Source: Promethearchaeota archaeon
GTDB lineage: Archaea; Asgardarchaeota; Lokiarchaeia; Sigyniarchaeales; SOKP01
Direction of reading: 5' to 3'
NCBI GenBank assembly: GCA_019058245.1
Contig: JAHPZJ010000014.1
Location: forward strand, 51,085-115,084
Length of the DNA stretch: 64,000 nt
In this document: positions 20,624-29,956 of the stretch, in pieces
Position numbering within the stretch: the first letter of the stretch is position 1
Layout: the number at the start of each line of letters is the position of its first letter
Notes under the pieces: model-generated
What the model was told of the DNA's origin: nothing
What the model saw: the letters and a program-made list of their open reading frames with translations, nothing else
The model's database searches: none
Made by a program: the position numbers and the translations under genes

Positions 20624-21238
20624 ATGAGTCGTTTAAGAAATATAGATGAAGAATGGACCCCAAAGACGCGTTTAGGCGAATTAGTTCAGCAAGGGCTCAT
20701 GACATTAGATAAAATTTTTCAAAATAATTTAGTTGTAAAAGAAAAAGAAATAATTAATATATTACTCCCACAACTCAAAGAAGATGTAATAACAATACGT
20801 ATGATACAAAAAATGACCGCTAGTGGCCAGCGTAGCAGATTTAAAGCGGTAGTCATTGTAGGATCTGATGGCTTTCTAGGAGTAGGTGCGTCTAAAAGTA
20901 AAGAAGTCGGACCAGCCATTAGAAAAGCAATTGATAAAGCTAAACTTTCTGTTATTCCAATACTTAGAGGTTGTGGAAGTAAAGAATGTGGATGTGGAGG
21001 AACACATAGTATACCTTTTAAAATTAGAGGCAAATGTGGTTCAGTGAGAATCCAATTAATACCAGCACCTGCAGGAGTAGGACTAGCTTGTGCGGATAAA
21101 GTAAAACAAGTTCTAAAATTATGCGGAATTGAAGATGTGTGGAGTAAAACGTATGGTGATACAAGGACGAGTGAGAATCTAGTTAAAGCTACCTTTGATG
21201 CACTAAAAAATGCTCATAAATTTAACTTCAATATATAA
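20624..21238 (+). CDS. rps5: 30S ribosomal protein uS5
   Basis: WTPKTRLG, GQRSRFKAVV, GKCGSVR, PAPAGVGL. Confidence 0.96.
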   Translation: MSRLRNIDEEWTPKTRLGELVQQGLMTLDKIFQNNLVVKEKEIINILLPQLKEDVITIRMIQKMTASGQRSRFKAVVIVGSDGFLGVGASKSKEVGPAIRKAIDKAKLSVIPILRGCGSKECGCGGTHSIPFKIRGKCGSVRIQLIPAPAGVGLACADKVKQVLKLCGIEDVWSKTYGDTRTSENLVKATFDALKNAHKFNFNI

Positions 21239-21255
21239 AATAGAGTGGTGTAGGA

Positions 21256-21780
21256 ATGGCTATGGCAAAAAAAAAATCAAAATTGAAGGAAACAAATCTT
21301 ACTCCAAAATTATATTTTGCAGTCCGTATTAGAGGTGCTCCTGGTATGAGGAGAAAAATATTGGATACATTAAAGATTCTTAGAATGCATAAAGTCAATC
21401 ATGGGGTATTAATTTGGGGTACTCCTTCCTATAAAGGTATGCTTACAAAGTGTAAAGATTATATTGCTTATGGAGTAATTGATGAGAAGACTTTAGTAAG
21501 GTTACTAAGAGTTAGAGGAAGAGTAGAAGGTAACAAGATGCTTACTGAAGAATACATTAAGAAATTAACTGACTATAAAAGCTTTAAGGAATTAGCTAAA
21601 GCACTACTTAACGGAGAAATACAATATCGAGAAAAATATATCTATAAAATTAAACCAGTATTCCGATTGCATCCCCCAAGAAAAGGACATAGAGGTACTA
21701 TTAAGAAACATTACAATGAAGGAGGATCACTAGGGAATGTTGGTCTATATATAAATGAAATAATCTACAAAATGCTCTAA
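21256..21780 (+). CDS. rpl30: 50S ribosomal protein uL30
   Basis: AVRIRG, KPVFRLHPPRKG. Confidence 0.95.
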   Translation: MAMAKKKSKLKETNLTPKLYFAVRIRGAPGMRRKILDTLKILRMHKVNHGVLIWGTPSYKGMLTKCKDYIAYGVIDEKTLVRLLRVRGRVEGNKMLTEEYIKKLTDYKSFKELAKALLNGEIQYREKYIYKIKPVFRLHPPRKGHRGTIKKHYNEGGSLGNVGLYINEIIYKML

Positions 21781-21797
21781 CCTGAAGGTGAATTATT

Positions 21798-22280
21798 ATT
21801 ACACGAAAATATCCTAAAAAAGTTCGAAGTATGAGAGGAAGACGTACTCACGGGTATGGGAGAGTAGGCCAGCATAGAAAAACTGGACAACGTGCGGGAA
21901 GAGGAAAAACTACTCAATGGAAAAAAAGTAAAAAGACCTATTATTTAAAACAAAAAGAACTAGGGTTTCCAGATCCTGATTGGGATTTTGGAAAGAAGGG
22001 TTTTAAAAGACCGCAAGATATACTCCGAATTTATAAAGTTAATACAATAAATGTAAAAGACTTAGACCAAAAGATTGATAATCTCCTCATTGATAATAAA
22101 GCTACGAAATCTGGTAATACTTATAGCATCAATATGGATGAAATTAATATTCAGAAACTATTAGGAAAAGGAGAAATTCATAAAGTAGTCAATGTAACCG
22201 TAAATAACGCATCGCAAAAAGCTGTTGAAAAAATAGAAGCTGCTGGTGGCAAAATTACACTACTTTCTCAAACAGAATAA
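21798..22280 (+). CDS. rpl15: 50S ribosomal protein uL15, probable ATT start
   Basis: TRKYPKKVRSMRGRRTHGYG, KLLGKG, AVEKIEAAGG; in-frame TGA at 21789-21791. Confidence 0.93.
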   Translation: MTRKYPKKVRSMRGRRTHGYGRVGQHRKTGQRAGRGKTTQWKKSKKTYYLKQKELGFPDPDWDFGKKGFKRPQDILRIYKVNTINVKDLDQKIDNLLIDNKATKSGNTYSINMDEINIQKLLGKGEIHKVVNVTVNNASQKAVEKIEAAGGKITLLSQTE

Positions 22281-22351
22281 AAAATTATAGATTTTTCATA
22301 ACTAATTCTTACCTAATTATATTTTTCAATCTAAACCTCAGAGAAAATGCA

Positions 22352-22489
22352 ATGGATGTTGAAGATTTAAATCTTAATGAACAAGAAGATGAGAGAAGAA
22401 AAAGAAAAATATGTCTATTAATTTGTTTAATAGTATTATTAGTTATGATGCTACCATCAACAATAGCCTTTCTAACTATTTTTAAATAA
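22352..22489 (+). CDS. 45-aa tail-anchored membrane microprotein; not in ORF track
   Basis: MDVEDLNLNEQEDERRKRKICLLICLIVLLVMMLPSTIAFLTIFK. Confidence 0.5.
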   Translation: MDVEDLNLNEQEDERRKRKICLLICLIVLLVMMLPSTIAFLTIFK

Positions 22490-22499
22490 TGAGTTTGAT

Positions 22500-23144
22500 T
22501 TAATAGAGCATCTTTTTTATTAACTGGATTAACCCCGGTAATATAAAGATAAATCCTAATGTATTTCCAATAATATGAACGACAGTGAATATTAAGCCAG
22601 TCATTAAATAAGGTACATATTCATCAAGTGTACCAAAATAAGATAAAACTTCTACTAAAGCAGATAAGAATTGAAAACTCGAAGTAATAAGTGCCCCTAT
22701 AACACCAAATAATGTCATAACTGAGGGTTTATACAAATCATCATTAAATTCGAATACTCTTCTCTTCTTGAAAAGAATACCTATTATGCCTCCAACCAAA
22801 CCTGTAATTGAATAGTGTGTTAATTGAAACGCAAAAAGTGGTAAAGGAGATGCCCCTAAAGGATTAAAAAAACAGAAAGTAAATGAACTTAAAAATCCCG
22901 TTATCATACCATCTCTTTTGCCAAGAATAAAACCTGCCAAAAATATAGTTAAGGTAAATAATTCGATATTGGGAATATATGCTAATAGATAACCTAAAAC
23001 TATTGCTAATGCTGTAAAAGTACTAATTAAGGCTATTCGAAATGACCTTTTTTCCAACCATATGGAATAATTTGCTCTCTCTTGCTCAGTATCAAGTATC
23101 TCCAATTTGTCACTAGATCTTTTTACTTCTGATTTTGTTGCCAA
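22500..23144 (-). CDS. ECF transporter S-component (CbrT-like)
   Basis: IPNIE motif in loop 1, about six TM helices, HIIGN. Confidence 0.7.
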   Translation of the reverse strand: MATKSEVKRSSDKLEILDTEQERANYSIWLEKRSFRIALISTFTALAIVLGYLLAYIPNIELFTLTIFLAGFILGKRDGMITGFLSSFTFCFFNPLGASPLPLFAFQLTHYSITGLVGGIIGILFKKRRVFEFNDDLYKPSVMTLFGVIGALITSSFQFLSALVEVLSYFGTLDEYVPYLMTGLIFTVVHIIGNTLGFIFILPGLIQLIKKMLY

Positions 23145-23211
23145 TCTTATTCAATCTTATAAAAATATTTTTGGGATAATTTTTTATAATCAAACATGTT
23201 TTTTAAATATA

Positions 23212-23405
23212 TAGGTTAAGTTTCCTACAGAGCATATGACCTCTACTCTTTAAAAAATGAGAGTAGAAAGGGTAGATTTTTTAATGCTTAATAGCATTGA
23301 AGAAGTCTATATTAAATATATCAGATTAAAAAAGAAATCGTAATATTAAAAAATGAGTTAAGATTATTTTTTATAGGATAAGTTTCCTAGGTAACTTATC
23401 CTATA
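23212..23405. promoter_or_regulatory. Three TAGG-N8-CCTA boxes (putative operator array) in a divergent promoter
   Basis: Boxes at 23212-23227, 23374-23389 and 23388-23403; the last two form a 34-bp near-perfect palindrome 23372-23405. Confidence 0.6.
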
Positions 23406-23450
23406 TTTATTAATAAAAAAAAATAAAAACTCAAAATATATCGATTTTCA

Positions 23451-25235
23451 ATGAAAAACATAAAAAAAATAGCATACTTCTTTGGTGCTTTAATATTTGT
23501 ACAATTATTTTATTCTGGATCTATTCCAATAGTCAAAGCTCAAGGTGAAAGTTCGAATTCTTACTTTCAAGATCTTGACTATACTAAACCCTATGTCTAC
23601 GAAGTAATACAATTTGGGGACTCAGCTGGATGGTACAATTTCTCTGCATGGCCTAATTCTTTTGAAGGAAATTGGAAATCTAACGCTAGTGGTCAAATCC
23701 GAATAAATTTCAATGGCTTCTATGATAAAGATCCAAATGATTGGGGAAATATTTTTGGAGATCCAATTCCTTGGTATGACATAGAAATTTACGAGAATAG
23801 TCTTGGTACTCTCAACTTGAATTTCACTTTAAGTAATAGATCTAATAGTGAAGTTGCCAGAGCATTAACTTTAGGTTACAATAATTTTCAGCCCGGATTT
23901 TTAATACCAAATGGGAATTTAACAAATGTGAAAGAATTAGCTTTGAATCAATCAGATCCGGGAGGACTATATGATATTGTAGGAGATATAGATATTGAAG
24001 AATCATACAATTTCCTCTATATTGATTTTGAGCAAAATGATGGGGGTCAAAAAACCTCATTGATTTATGATAGATTTAGTGGATTACTCGTCTGGGCAAA
24101 AACCAATATTTTTGGATACTTACTTGAAATTAATTCACTAAACTTTACAATAGAAGATAGCCTTATTTATAATGTCATCAAATTTAGTGGAGATACAGGT
24201 TGGTATAATTTAACAGGAGGTTTTGAAGGAGATTGGAGTACCAATTCTGGAGGCCAAATTATTGCTAATTTAACTGGATATTATAGTAAGGATCCCAATG
24301 ATTGGGGTAATGTAATAGATGATCCTATACCGTGGTTTAACGTGGAAATAATAGAGAATGAGACTGGTATTTTAACAACAAATTTTACAATAGCAAATAG
24401 ATCCAATAGTGAGTTAGGATGGACTTTTATTCTAGGATATAATTTCTTCCAACCGGGGTTTATTCTACATATTATTGATAATTTGACAAGAGTTAAGAAA
24501 TTAGCAATAAAGGAATCATCAGGATTTGCAAATGGCTTAGTTTTAATTTCAGAAACACCATTGACGATGAAAATTGCATTTGAGCAAACAGATGGAAATG
24601 GAGACCAAGAGACAAGCATGATTTACGAAAAACGGACGGGAGTATTACTTTGGGCATATACATCAATAGGAGATTACTCACTTGAAATAAAATTAGATGA
24701 TTATATTCCCTGGGAATCAACGGAAACAGATACTCGTCCAGGTCTGAATTTTTTTTTAGATATTTTTCCTTATATTCTTGTCGCTTTAATTAGTATTCTT
24801 ATAATTACCACGTCTCTTATAGCCTCAAGATTCAAGACAGACCTAAAGAAATATAATAAATATATATTAGTTGCTGTAATAGCTGTAGCCAGTTTTACCT
24901 CATTTTTCATTTTTTCTTCTAGTATAAAAATTAGCGAAGAAAATGAACCGTTAAGAGAAGTTAATGATTTAATTCTAATTGTGGATTATGGAAATGGAAC
25001 TGAAACAACTTGGGAATCTTTTGATTTAACAAATTATAACACAACGGCATTTGATGCTTTATCTAGATGGTGTAAGGTTGAAATAACTGATTATGGTGAA
25101 AGGGGCATTATTGTAGAAAGTATTAATGGGCTTAAAAAAGGCTGGCTTTATACCGTTAATGATATATCTCCAGGAGTATCTGCTGAAAAATACAATTTAA
25201 AGGATGGAGATATTGTTAAATGGACCTGTAACTAA
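23451..25235 (+). CDS. Membrane-anchored surface protein with two tandem repeat domains and a C-terminal DUF4430 (transcobalamin C-terminal-like) domain
   Basis: Signal peptide; duplicated GWYN..FEG.W..N..GQI..DPNDWGN..DPIPW unit; VDYGNG..TAFDAL..VESING..GWLYTVN..LKDGDIVKW. Confidence 0.7.
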   Translation: MKNIKKIAYFFGALIFVQLFYSGSIPIVKAQGESSNSYFQDLDYTKPYVYEVIQFGDSAGWYNFSAWPNSFEGNWKSNASGQIRINFNGFYDKDPNDWGNIFGDPIPWYDIEIYENSLGTLNLNFTLSNRSNSEVARALTLGYNNFQPGFLIPNGNLTNVKELALNQSDPGGLYDIVGDIDIEESYNFLYIDFEQNDGGQKTSLIYDRFSGLLVWAKTNIFGYLLEINSLNFTIEDSLIYNVIKFSGDTGWYNLTGGFEGDWSTNSGGQIIANLTGYYSKDPNDWGNVIDDPIPWFNVEIIENETGILTTNFTIANRSNSELGWTFILGYNFFQPGFILHIIDNLTRVKKLAIKESSGFANGLVLISETPLTMKIAFEQTDGNGDQETSMIYEKRTGVLLWAYTSIGDYSLEIKLDDYIPWESTETDTRPGLNFFLDIFPYILVALISILIITTSLIASRFKTDLKKYNKYILVAVIAVASFTSFFIFSSSIKISEENEPLREVNDLILIVDYGNGTETTWESFDLTNYNTTAFDALSRWCKVEITDYGERGIIVESINGLKKGWLYTVNDISPGVSAEKYNLKDGDIVKWTCN

Positions 25236-25301
25236 AAATAAACTCTTTTTTCTTTACTTTTTTTTTTAAATTAATTTAAAACCAGAGAACAAGTAAAAAT
25301 A

Positions 25302-25745
25302 TCAATAGGTCATATCTTTTGTCTCAATTTTCTGTAAGACAGGTTCCATTTCTTTGAAAGCTTTTCGAATCTTATGGAAATAGTAGCCCAATTTATAGCC
25401 TTTTTTGCAATTTGTAAATAACATAAAATTATTTTCAGCTGACCCTACAAGAATAATAGTATATCCTTTGGTTCCTCGAATCACAATATCCCTTAATTCA
25501 CCTTGTTGTAAACCCTGACTAATCTTCTCTCCTAACGAAATTAATGTTGCGGGACTAGCACTGTAAATATCCCATACAACATCAGCAGTTTCAGAACTTG
25601 CAATTCTTAGACCTGTTTTTGAAACAACAGCAGTTCCTTCTAAATCAGTTGAAGCTTCTAAATTTTCTAAATTACGCATCAATTCATCCAGGATATCCTG
25701 GCTGATGTTAATTTCAGATTCTTTTGCTTGACCTATTTTAAACAC
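25302..25745 (-). CDS. Roadblock/LC7 domain protein
   Basis: LEGTAVVSKTGLRIAS...GELRDIVIRGTKGYTII; start GTG 25745 or ATA 25736. Confidence 0.8.
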   Translation of the reverse strand: MFKIGQAKESEINISQDILDELMRNLENLEASTDLEGTAVVSKTGLRIASSETADVVWDIYSASPATLISLGEKISQGLQQGELRDIVIRGTKGYTIILVGSAENNFMLFTNCKKGYKLGYYFHKIRKAFKEMEPVLQKIETKDMTY

Positions 25746-25776
25746 CTCTGTTAAGATAATATTAATTTTTGAGAAT

Positions 25777-27219
25777 TTAAATGTTTTTTAGTCGAATACT
25801 TCTTAATTCTTTTAGAAAAACAGGATCTCCTTTCTTTACCTGTTTTCCATCAGACTTTATCCCTACTATAACAGCACCTTTCGTACCGAATGTATCTAAA
25901 ATTTTTGTAAATGGTGGTTCTAATGACTTCCCAATTATTTTTTTTGCTCCAATAGCACTCTGTGCCAAACCATTACAGACGATTCCTTGAGGATGATTTG
26001 GATTCTTAATGGTTCCTTGTTTTGTTTTATATTTATATAATAAGGGTGGTTCTTTATATATCTTTACCAACACTGCTGATCCCAATATTCTTAAAGTAGT
26101 AGGAGGTAAATCTAAACGACTAAGAAGCATAATATTTTTTTCTTTTCTTATTATAACTTTTTCCTTTAATAATATAATTGCCCTAAATCCCCTATCTTTA
26201 TTTGAAACAGTAGTTTGAATTTTCTTTCCATTAAGTTCATAATATGGATAAATATTTCCACTCGTAGTTACCATTCCTATAGTGATATGGATCTGAGTTC
26301 CGAATCCTGTTTTTGGTTTAAATAACTTATTATTATTCACTTCTACTTCTAAGATATTACCATAATCAAAAGCCCTAGGGTTATTTGTTGCATAGCAACC
26401 CCGGTAAACCTTTTTCAACTCTAATCCCTTTATATTTAATCCTACTCTATCACCTGCCTTAGCAATATCAACATTCTGGTGGAATATTTGAATGCTTTTA
26501 ACACGCCCAGATGTCTTCACAGGTATAATTTCTAAGTTTTGATTTACTTTCAATGTCCCATTTAAAATTGTACCTGTTAAAATGGAGCCCATTCCTTTTA
26601 TTGGAAAATGATGATCAATAGGAATTATTATACTCCCTTCAGTTTGTCTTTTTATTTGCAAAGAATTTATTGTGTTTAATATACCTGTTTTTAGATTTTC
26701 AAATCCAACCTTATTTTTCGCTGAAACAGCAAAGATTGGCACATCAGATCCAAAAATAGTAGACCCGAAAAATTCTCTGATTTTTTTTATTTCATCATCA
26801 ACATTTTTAGAGAATAAATCAATTTTATTAATCACTACAATTATTTTCTTGATATTAAGTGATTCAATTAGAATAAGATGTTCTCCAGTTTGAACCTGAG
26901 GTCCTTTATTAATATCAAGAACAACTATAGCACAATCAATAATTTCTACGGATGATGCACTAATTTTTATCAAATCCGCATGACCCGGACTATCAACTAA
27001 AGTTATAATAAATTTATCAAGTATAAAACTAGTAAAACCTAAATCAATAGTAATTCCTCGTTCTTTACTTTGAGGATGCGCATCAATACCTGCGGTGGAG
27101 ATGAATTCGCTTAGTACTTCTGCTATTGCTGTCTTTCCAGAATCGATATGTCCAAACAAACCAATGTGTATAGGGATTTTCTTTTCAATTTCCATCTTTA
27201 AGTACTTTAAAAATGACAT
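25777..27219 (-). CDS. selB: Selenocysteine-specific elongation factor
   Basis: GHIDSGKT, PQSKERGITIDLGF, VDSPGH, DHHFPIKGMG, C-terminal FGTKG domain typical of archaeal/eukaryotic EFSec. Confidence 0.9.
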   Translation of the reverse strand: MSFLKYLKMEIEKKIPIHIGLFGHIDSGKTAIAEVLSEFISTAGIDAHPQSKERGITIDLGFTSFILDKFIITLVDSPGHADLIKISASSVEIIDCAIVVLDINKGPQVQTGEHLILIESLNIKKIIVVINKIDLFSKNVDDEIKKIREFFGSTIFGSDVPIFAVSAKNKVGFENLKTGILNTINSLQIKRQTEGSIIIPIDHHFPIKGMGSILTGTILNGTLKVNQNLEIIPVKTSGRVKSIQIFHQNVDIAKAGDRVGLNIKGLELKKVYRGCYATNNPRAFDYGNILEVEVNNNKLFKPKTGFGTQIHITIGMVTTSGNIYPYYELNGKKIQTTVSNKDRGFRAIILLKEKVIIRKEKNIMLLSRLDLPPTTLRILGSAVLVKIYKEPPLLYKYKTKQGTIKNPNHPQGIVCNGLAQSAIGAKKIIGKSLEPPFTKILDTFGTKGAVIVGIKSDGKQVKKGDPVFLKELRSIRLKNI

Positions 27220-27359
27220 AAATATATAGATTATTATTCAAATTGTTTAAAAGTTGAACAAAAAATATTAAACATGAAAAATCGGACTCAATTAATTTTA
27301 TTTATAAGTTTGATTTAAAATAACATATAATTTAGAAACTAAATTTATAAGATGATTGA

Positions 27360-28226
27360 ATGAGTCCAAAGTTTTGTCCCTATTGCGGTAATCCTGTAAA
27401 ACAGACAGATAAATTTTGCATCATATGTGGTAAGCCTATGCTAACGGATATCCCAAAATCAGAAAAAAAACCAGAAATTACAGAGACTAAAAAAGAGAAG
27501 GAAATCCAAGTCATTGAGGAGAAACAAGAAGATATACAACCAGAGGAAGAAGCTATAGAAATTGAGACAAAAGAGGAAACAAAAATAAAACCAGAAAAAT
27601 TAAAAGAAAAAAAAGAAATTAAACCTCTCCCAGATACAGTTAAAGAACAAATTGATTTATATATTGATTATAATGATGTTCAATTAAATAAAACAATATT
27701 AAGTGAAAAATTAACTGAATTATCAAAATCCACTAAGGATGCCAGATATGAATATGATCTCGATTTTAAAAAGGATGTAAACATAAAATTAGAAGCGTTA
27801 AAAACTCTAATAAGTGAATTGAAGGAAAAAGAAAAGGAAGTTAAACAAAATTTAGAAGAACCATTTATTGTTCAGAGAATTAATAGTGATATTGAAACAA
27901 AGATATTCCAACTTGAGAATTTAACAAGAGAACATAAATTAAAAAAAGTAGATAAAGAATCATTTGAAAAACTAAAAGATAAATATAAACAAGAAAAAGA
28001 GAGTCTAGAACAAGAAAGAGACGACTTAGTCTCTGGAATGAAATTATGGATTCAAGATTTAAAATTGGAAAAAGCAGAGATATCCGGAGAGAGAAAACTT
28101 ACTAAAGGGAGACTACATTCAAAAGAACTTACTGAAGTAGAATTCGCAAAAGCAGATAAAGAATTTGACCTTAGATTAAAAAAAATTGATACGAAAATTA
28201 AAACATTAGAAAAATTAACAAAATAG
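27360..28226 (+). CDS. Zinc-ribbon plus coiled-coil hypothetical protein
   Basis: FCPYCG...FCIICG; long heptad-rich C-terminus. Confidence 0.6.
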   Translation: MSPKFCPYCGNPVKQTDKFCIICGKPMLTDIPKSEKKPEITETKKEKEIQVIEEKQEDIQPEEEAIEIETKEETKIKPEKLKEKKEIKPLPDTVKEQIDLYIDYNDVQLNKTILSEKLTELSKSTKDARYEYDLDFKKDVNIKLEALKTLISELKEKEKEVKQNLEEPFIVQRINSDIETKIFQLENLTREHKLKKVDKESFEKLKDKYKQEKESLEQERDDLVSGMKLWIQDLKLEKAEISGERKLTKGRLHSKELTEVEFAKADKEFDLRLKKIDTKIKTLEKLTK

Positions 28227-28277
28227 ATAGAATAGTGAAAATATTTTTACTATGTAATATTATAGAATGCTAGAAAA

Positions 28278-28403
28278 ATGAGAAATAAAATTATCGCTAT
28301 AATTATTCTACTTATTGGATTATCACTGCTAACAATTGGAATTATTCAAGGACAAAATTTATTAATAGATATATTATATGATAAAATGGCAGCAGTCCCT
28401 TAA
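28278..28403 (+). CDS. 41-aa single-TM microprotein; not in ORF track
   Basis: MRNKIIAIIILLIGLSLLTIGIIQGQNLLIDILYDKMAAVP fills the gap up to the convergent gene. Confidence 0.4.
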   Translation: MRNKIIAIIILLIGLSLLTIGIIQGQNLLIDILYDKMAAVP

Positions 28404-28406
28404 TAA

Positions 28407-28703
28407 TCAATCCCATTTTCCTTTTCTAATAGCTATAGAATTATCTAAAAAACCCTTCTTCTGAAAAATCTTATCTTGTGATTTTCTATATTTATTAGAT
28501 TGATTATAATGAATTTTGCACAAATAAATTTTATGTCGTGAATTTTCTTTATATTTTAAACCTGAATTTTCAACATACGGTTTCCACGCATTTTCAGAAA
28601 GCGACCGAATTGCAACTTCACTACAACCCTTAATAGAACACAGTCTTTTTTTTTCAGATCCGCCAATGTCGCTTTTATCTTTAAGTTCCTTCGGAAGTTT
28701 CAT
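28407..28703 (-). CDS. Small putative zinc-binding archaeal protein
   Basis: CSIKGC...YLCKIHY; ATG 28703 avoids overlap with the NUDIX gene. Confidence 0.6.
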   Translation of the reverse strand: MKLPKELKDKSDIGGSEKKRLCSIKGCSEVAIRSLSENAWKPYVENSGLKYKENSRHKIYLCKIHYNQSNKYRKSQDKIFQKKGFLDNSIAIRKGKWD

Positions 28704-28788
28704 AGGTAAACACTTGCTAAAAACTTTTTTAGAATCAATTATTATGTATTTCAAATTATTTATCATCTTAAAATTTTTGCCAAAACTC

Positions 28789-29499
28789 ATGGATAAATTA
28801 AACTTGATTTTCAATGGAAATTTAATTAGGAAATCTGTTTATCCATTTGATTCACCTTTAAGAATCTCTATAAAAGATGATTTCTTTACCTCTTCAGCTG
28901 TTCTTTTTTCAATAATTCCCCATGAAAATAAGACATATGAATTAATACTAATCCATAGATCTGATCGAGGTACAAAACATAGAGGAGAAATGTCTTTTCC
29001 TGGAGGCAAATTTGACCCTCAATTAGATTCCTCATTGAAAGATACAGCATTAAGAGAAACAGAAGAAGAAATTGGTGTATCTCCCAAGAACATTAAAATT
29101 TTCGGATGTTTAGATGACTTTCCTACAATGACCCGATATATTATTACCCCATTTGTAGGTATTATTAATAAAGATCAAGTTTTAATTAAAGATAATAGAG
29201 AAGTTCAGAGAATCTTAAAGATTCCAATTAGTTTTTTTACTAGCAAAATACATTTTAGAGAAGAAGCTGTTGATATAGAAAGAAGAAAATTTCCTATTTT
29301 TTATTATAATTATATTGATGATTCTAGTGGTCAAAAATATACTATATGGGGAGCTACCGCTTATTTAATAACAGTATTTATTGAAAAAGTGTATGGATTT
29401 AATATGTCAGAATCAGGACTAGAACGTTTCCAACTTAAAACAATTAAGCAATTGAAAGAGTATATCAAAATTAGAAATCAAATAACAAAAAAATTTTAA
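28789..29499 (+). CDS. CoA pyrophosphatase (NUDIX, NudL/Pcd1-like)
   Basis: HRGEMSFPGG, TALRETEEEIG, IWGATA. Confidence 0.88.
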   Translation: MDKLNLIFNGNLIRKSVYPFDSPLRISIKDDFFTSSAVLFSIIPHENKTYELILIHRSDRGTKHRGEMSFPGGKFDPQLDSSLKDTALRETEEEIGVSPKNIKIFGCLDDFPTMTRYIITPFVGIINKDQVLIKDNREVQRILKIPISFFTSKIHFREEAVDIERRKFPIFYYNYIDDSSGQKYTIWGATAYLITVFIEKVYGFNMSESGLERFQLKTIKQLKEYIKIRNQITKKF

Positions 29500-29956
29500 C
29501 CCTTAATTATGAAATCCACAGAATTTCCAGAAAAAATACCTATTTTATTTTTCTAACTTTGTATAAATAATCTGGACAATTCTTACAATCTGGAATCTTA
29601 CATAAAAAACGGATTTTAGGAAGTATACATGATGAAAAAAAGGGACATTCAATTAACTCTAAATCTGATATTAATTCAACATCACTACTCATATTATTTT
29701 CACTTTATCTCATTTTGATTTAAATAAAATACCCAATCTAAATATATAAAAAAAAAAGCAGTCTAAGTTTAGTAATTCAGTAATTAAGTTGCTTTTATTT
29801 TGAAATGGATTTCTTCTTATTTGTTATAATATTTAAAAAATAAGCTTAATAAAAAAGAATTTGAACAATTTTTTGAACTATAAAAATCATGCATAATATT
29901 CATTTAGTAACATAGACTATGTATATTAATTTTACAAGAGGAAAAGAGATACTAAT

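Noticed and set aside
17839-21791. In-frame TGA codons upstream of uS14 and uL15 as Sec codons
   Set aside because: They are part of the GGTGA Shine-Dalgarno sequence; no homologous Cys position and no SECIS seen
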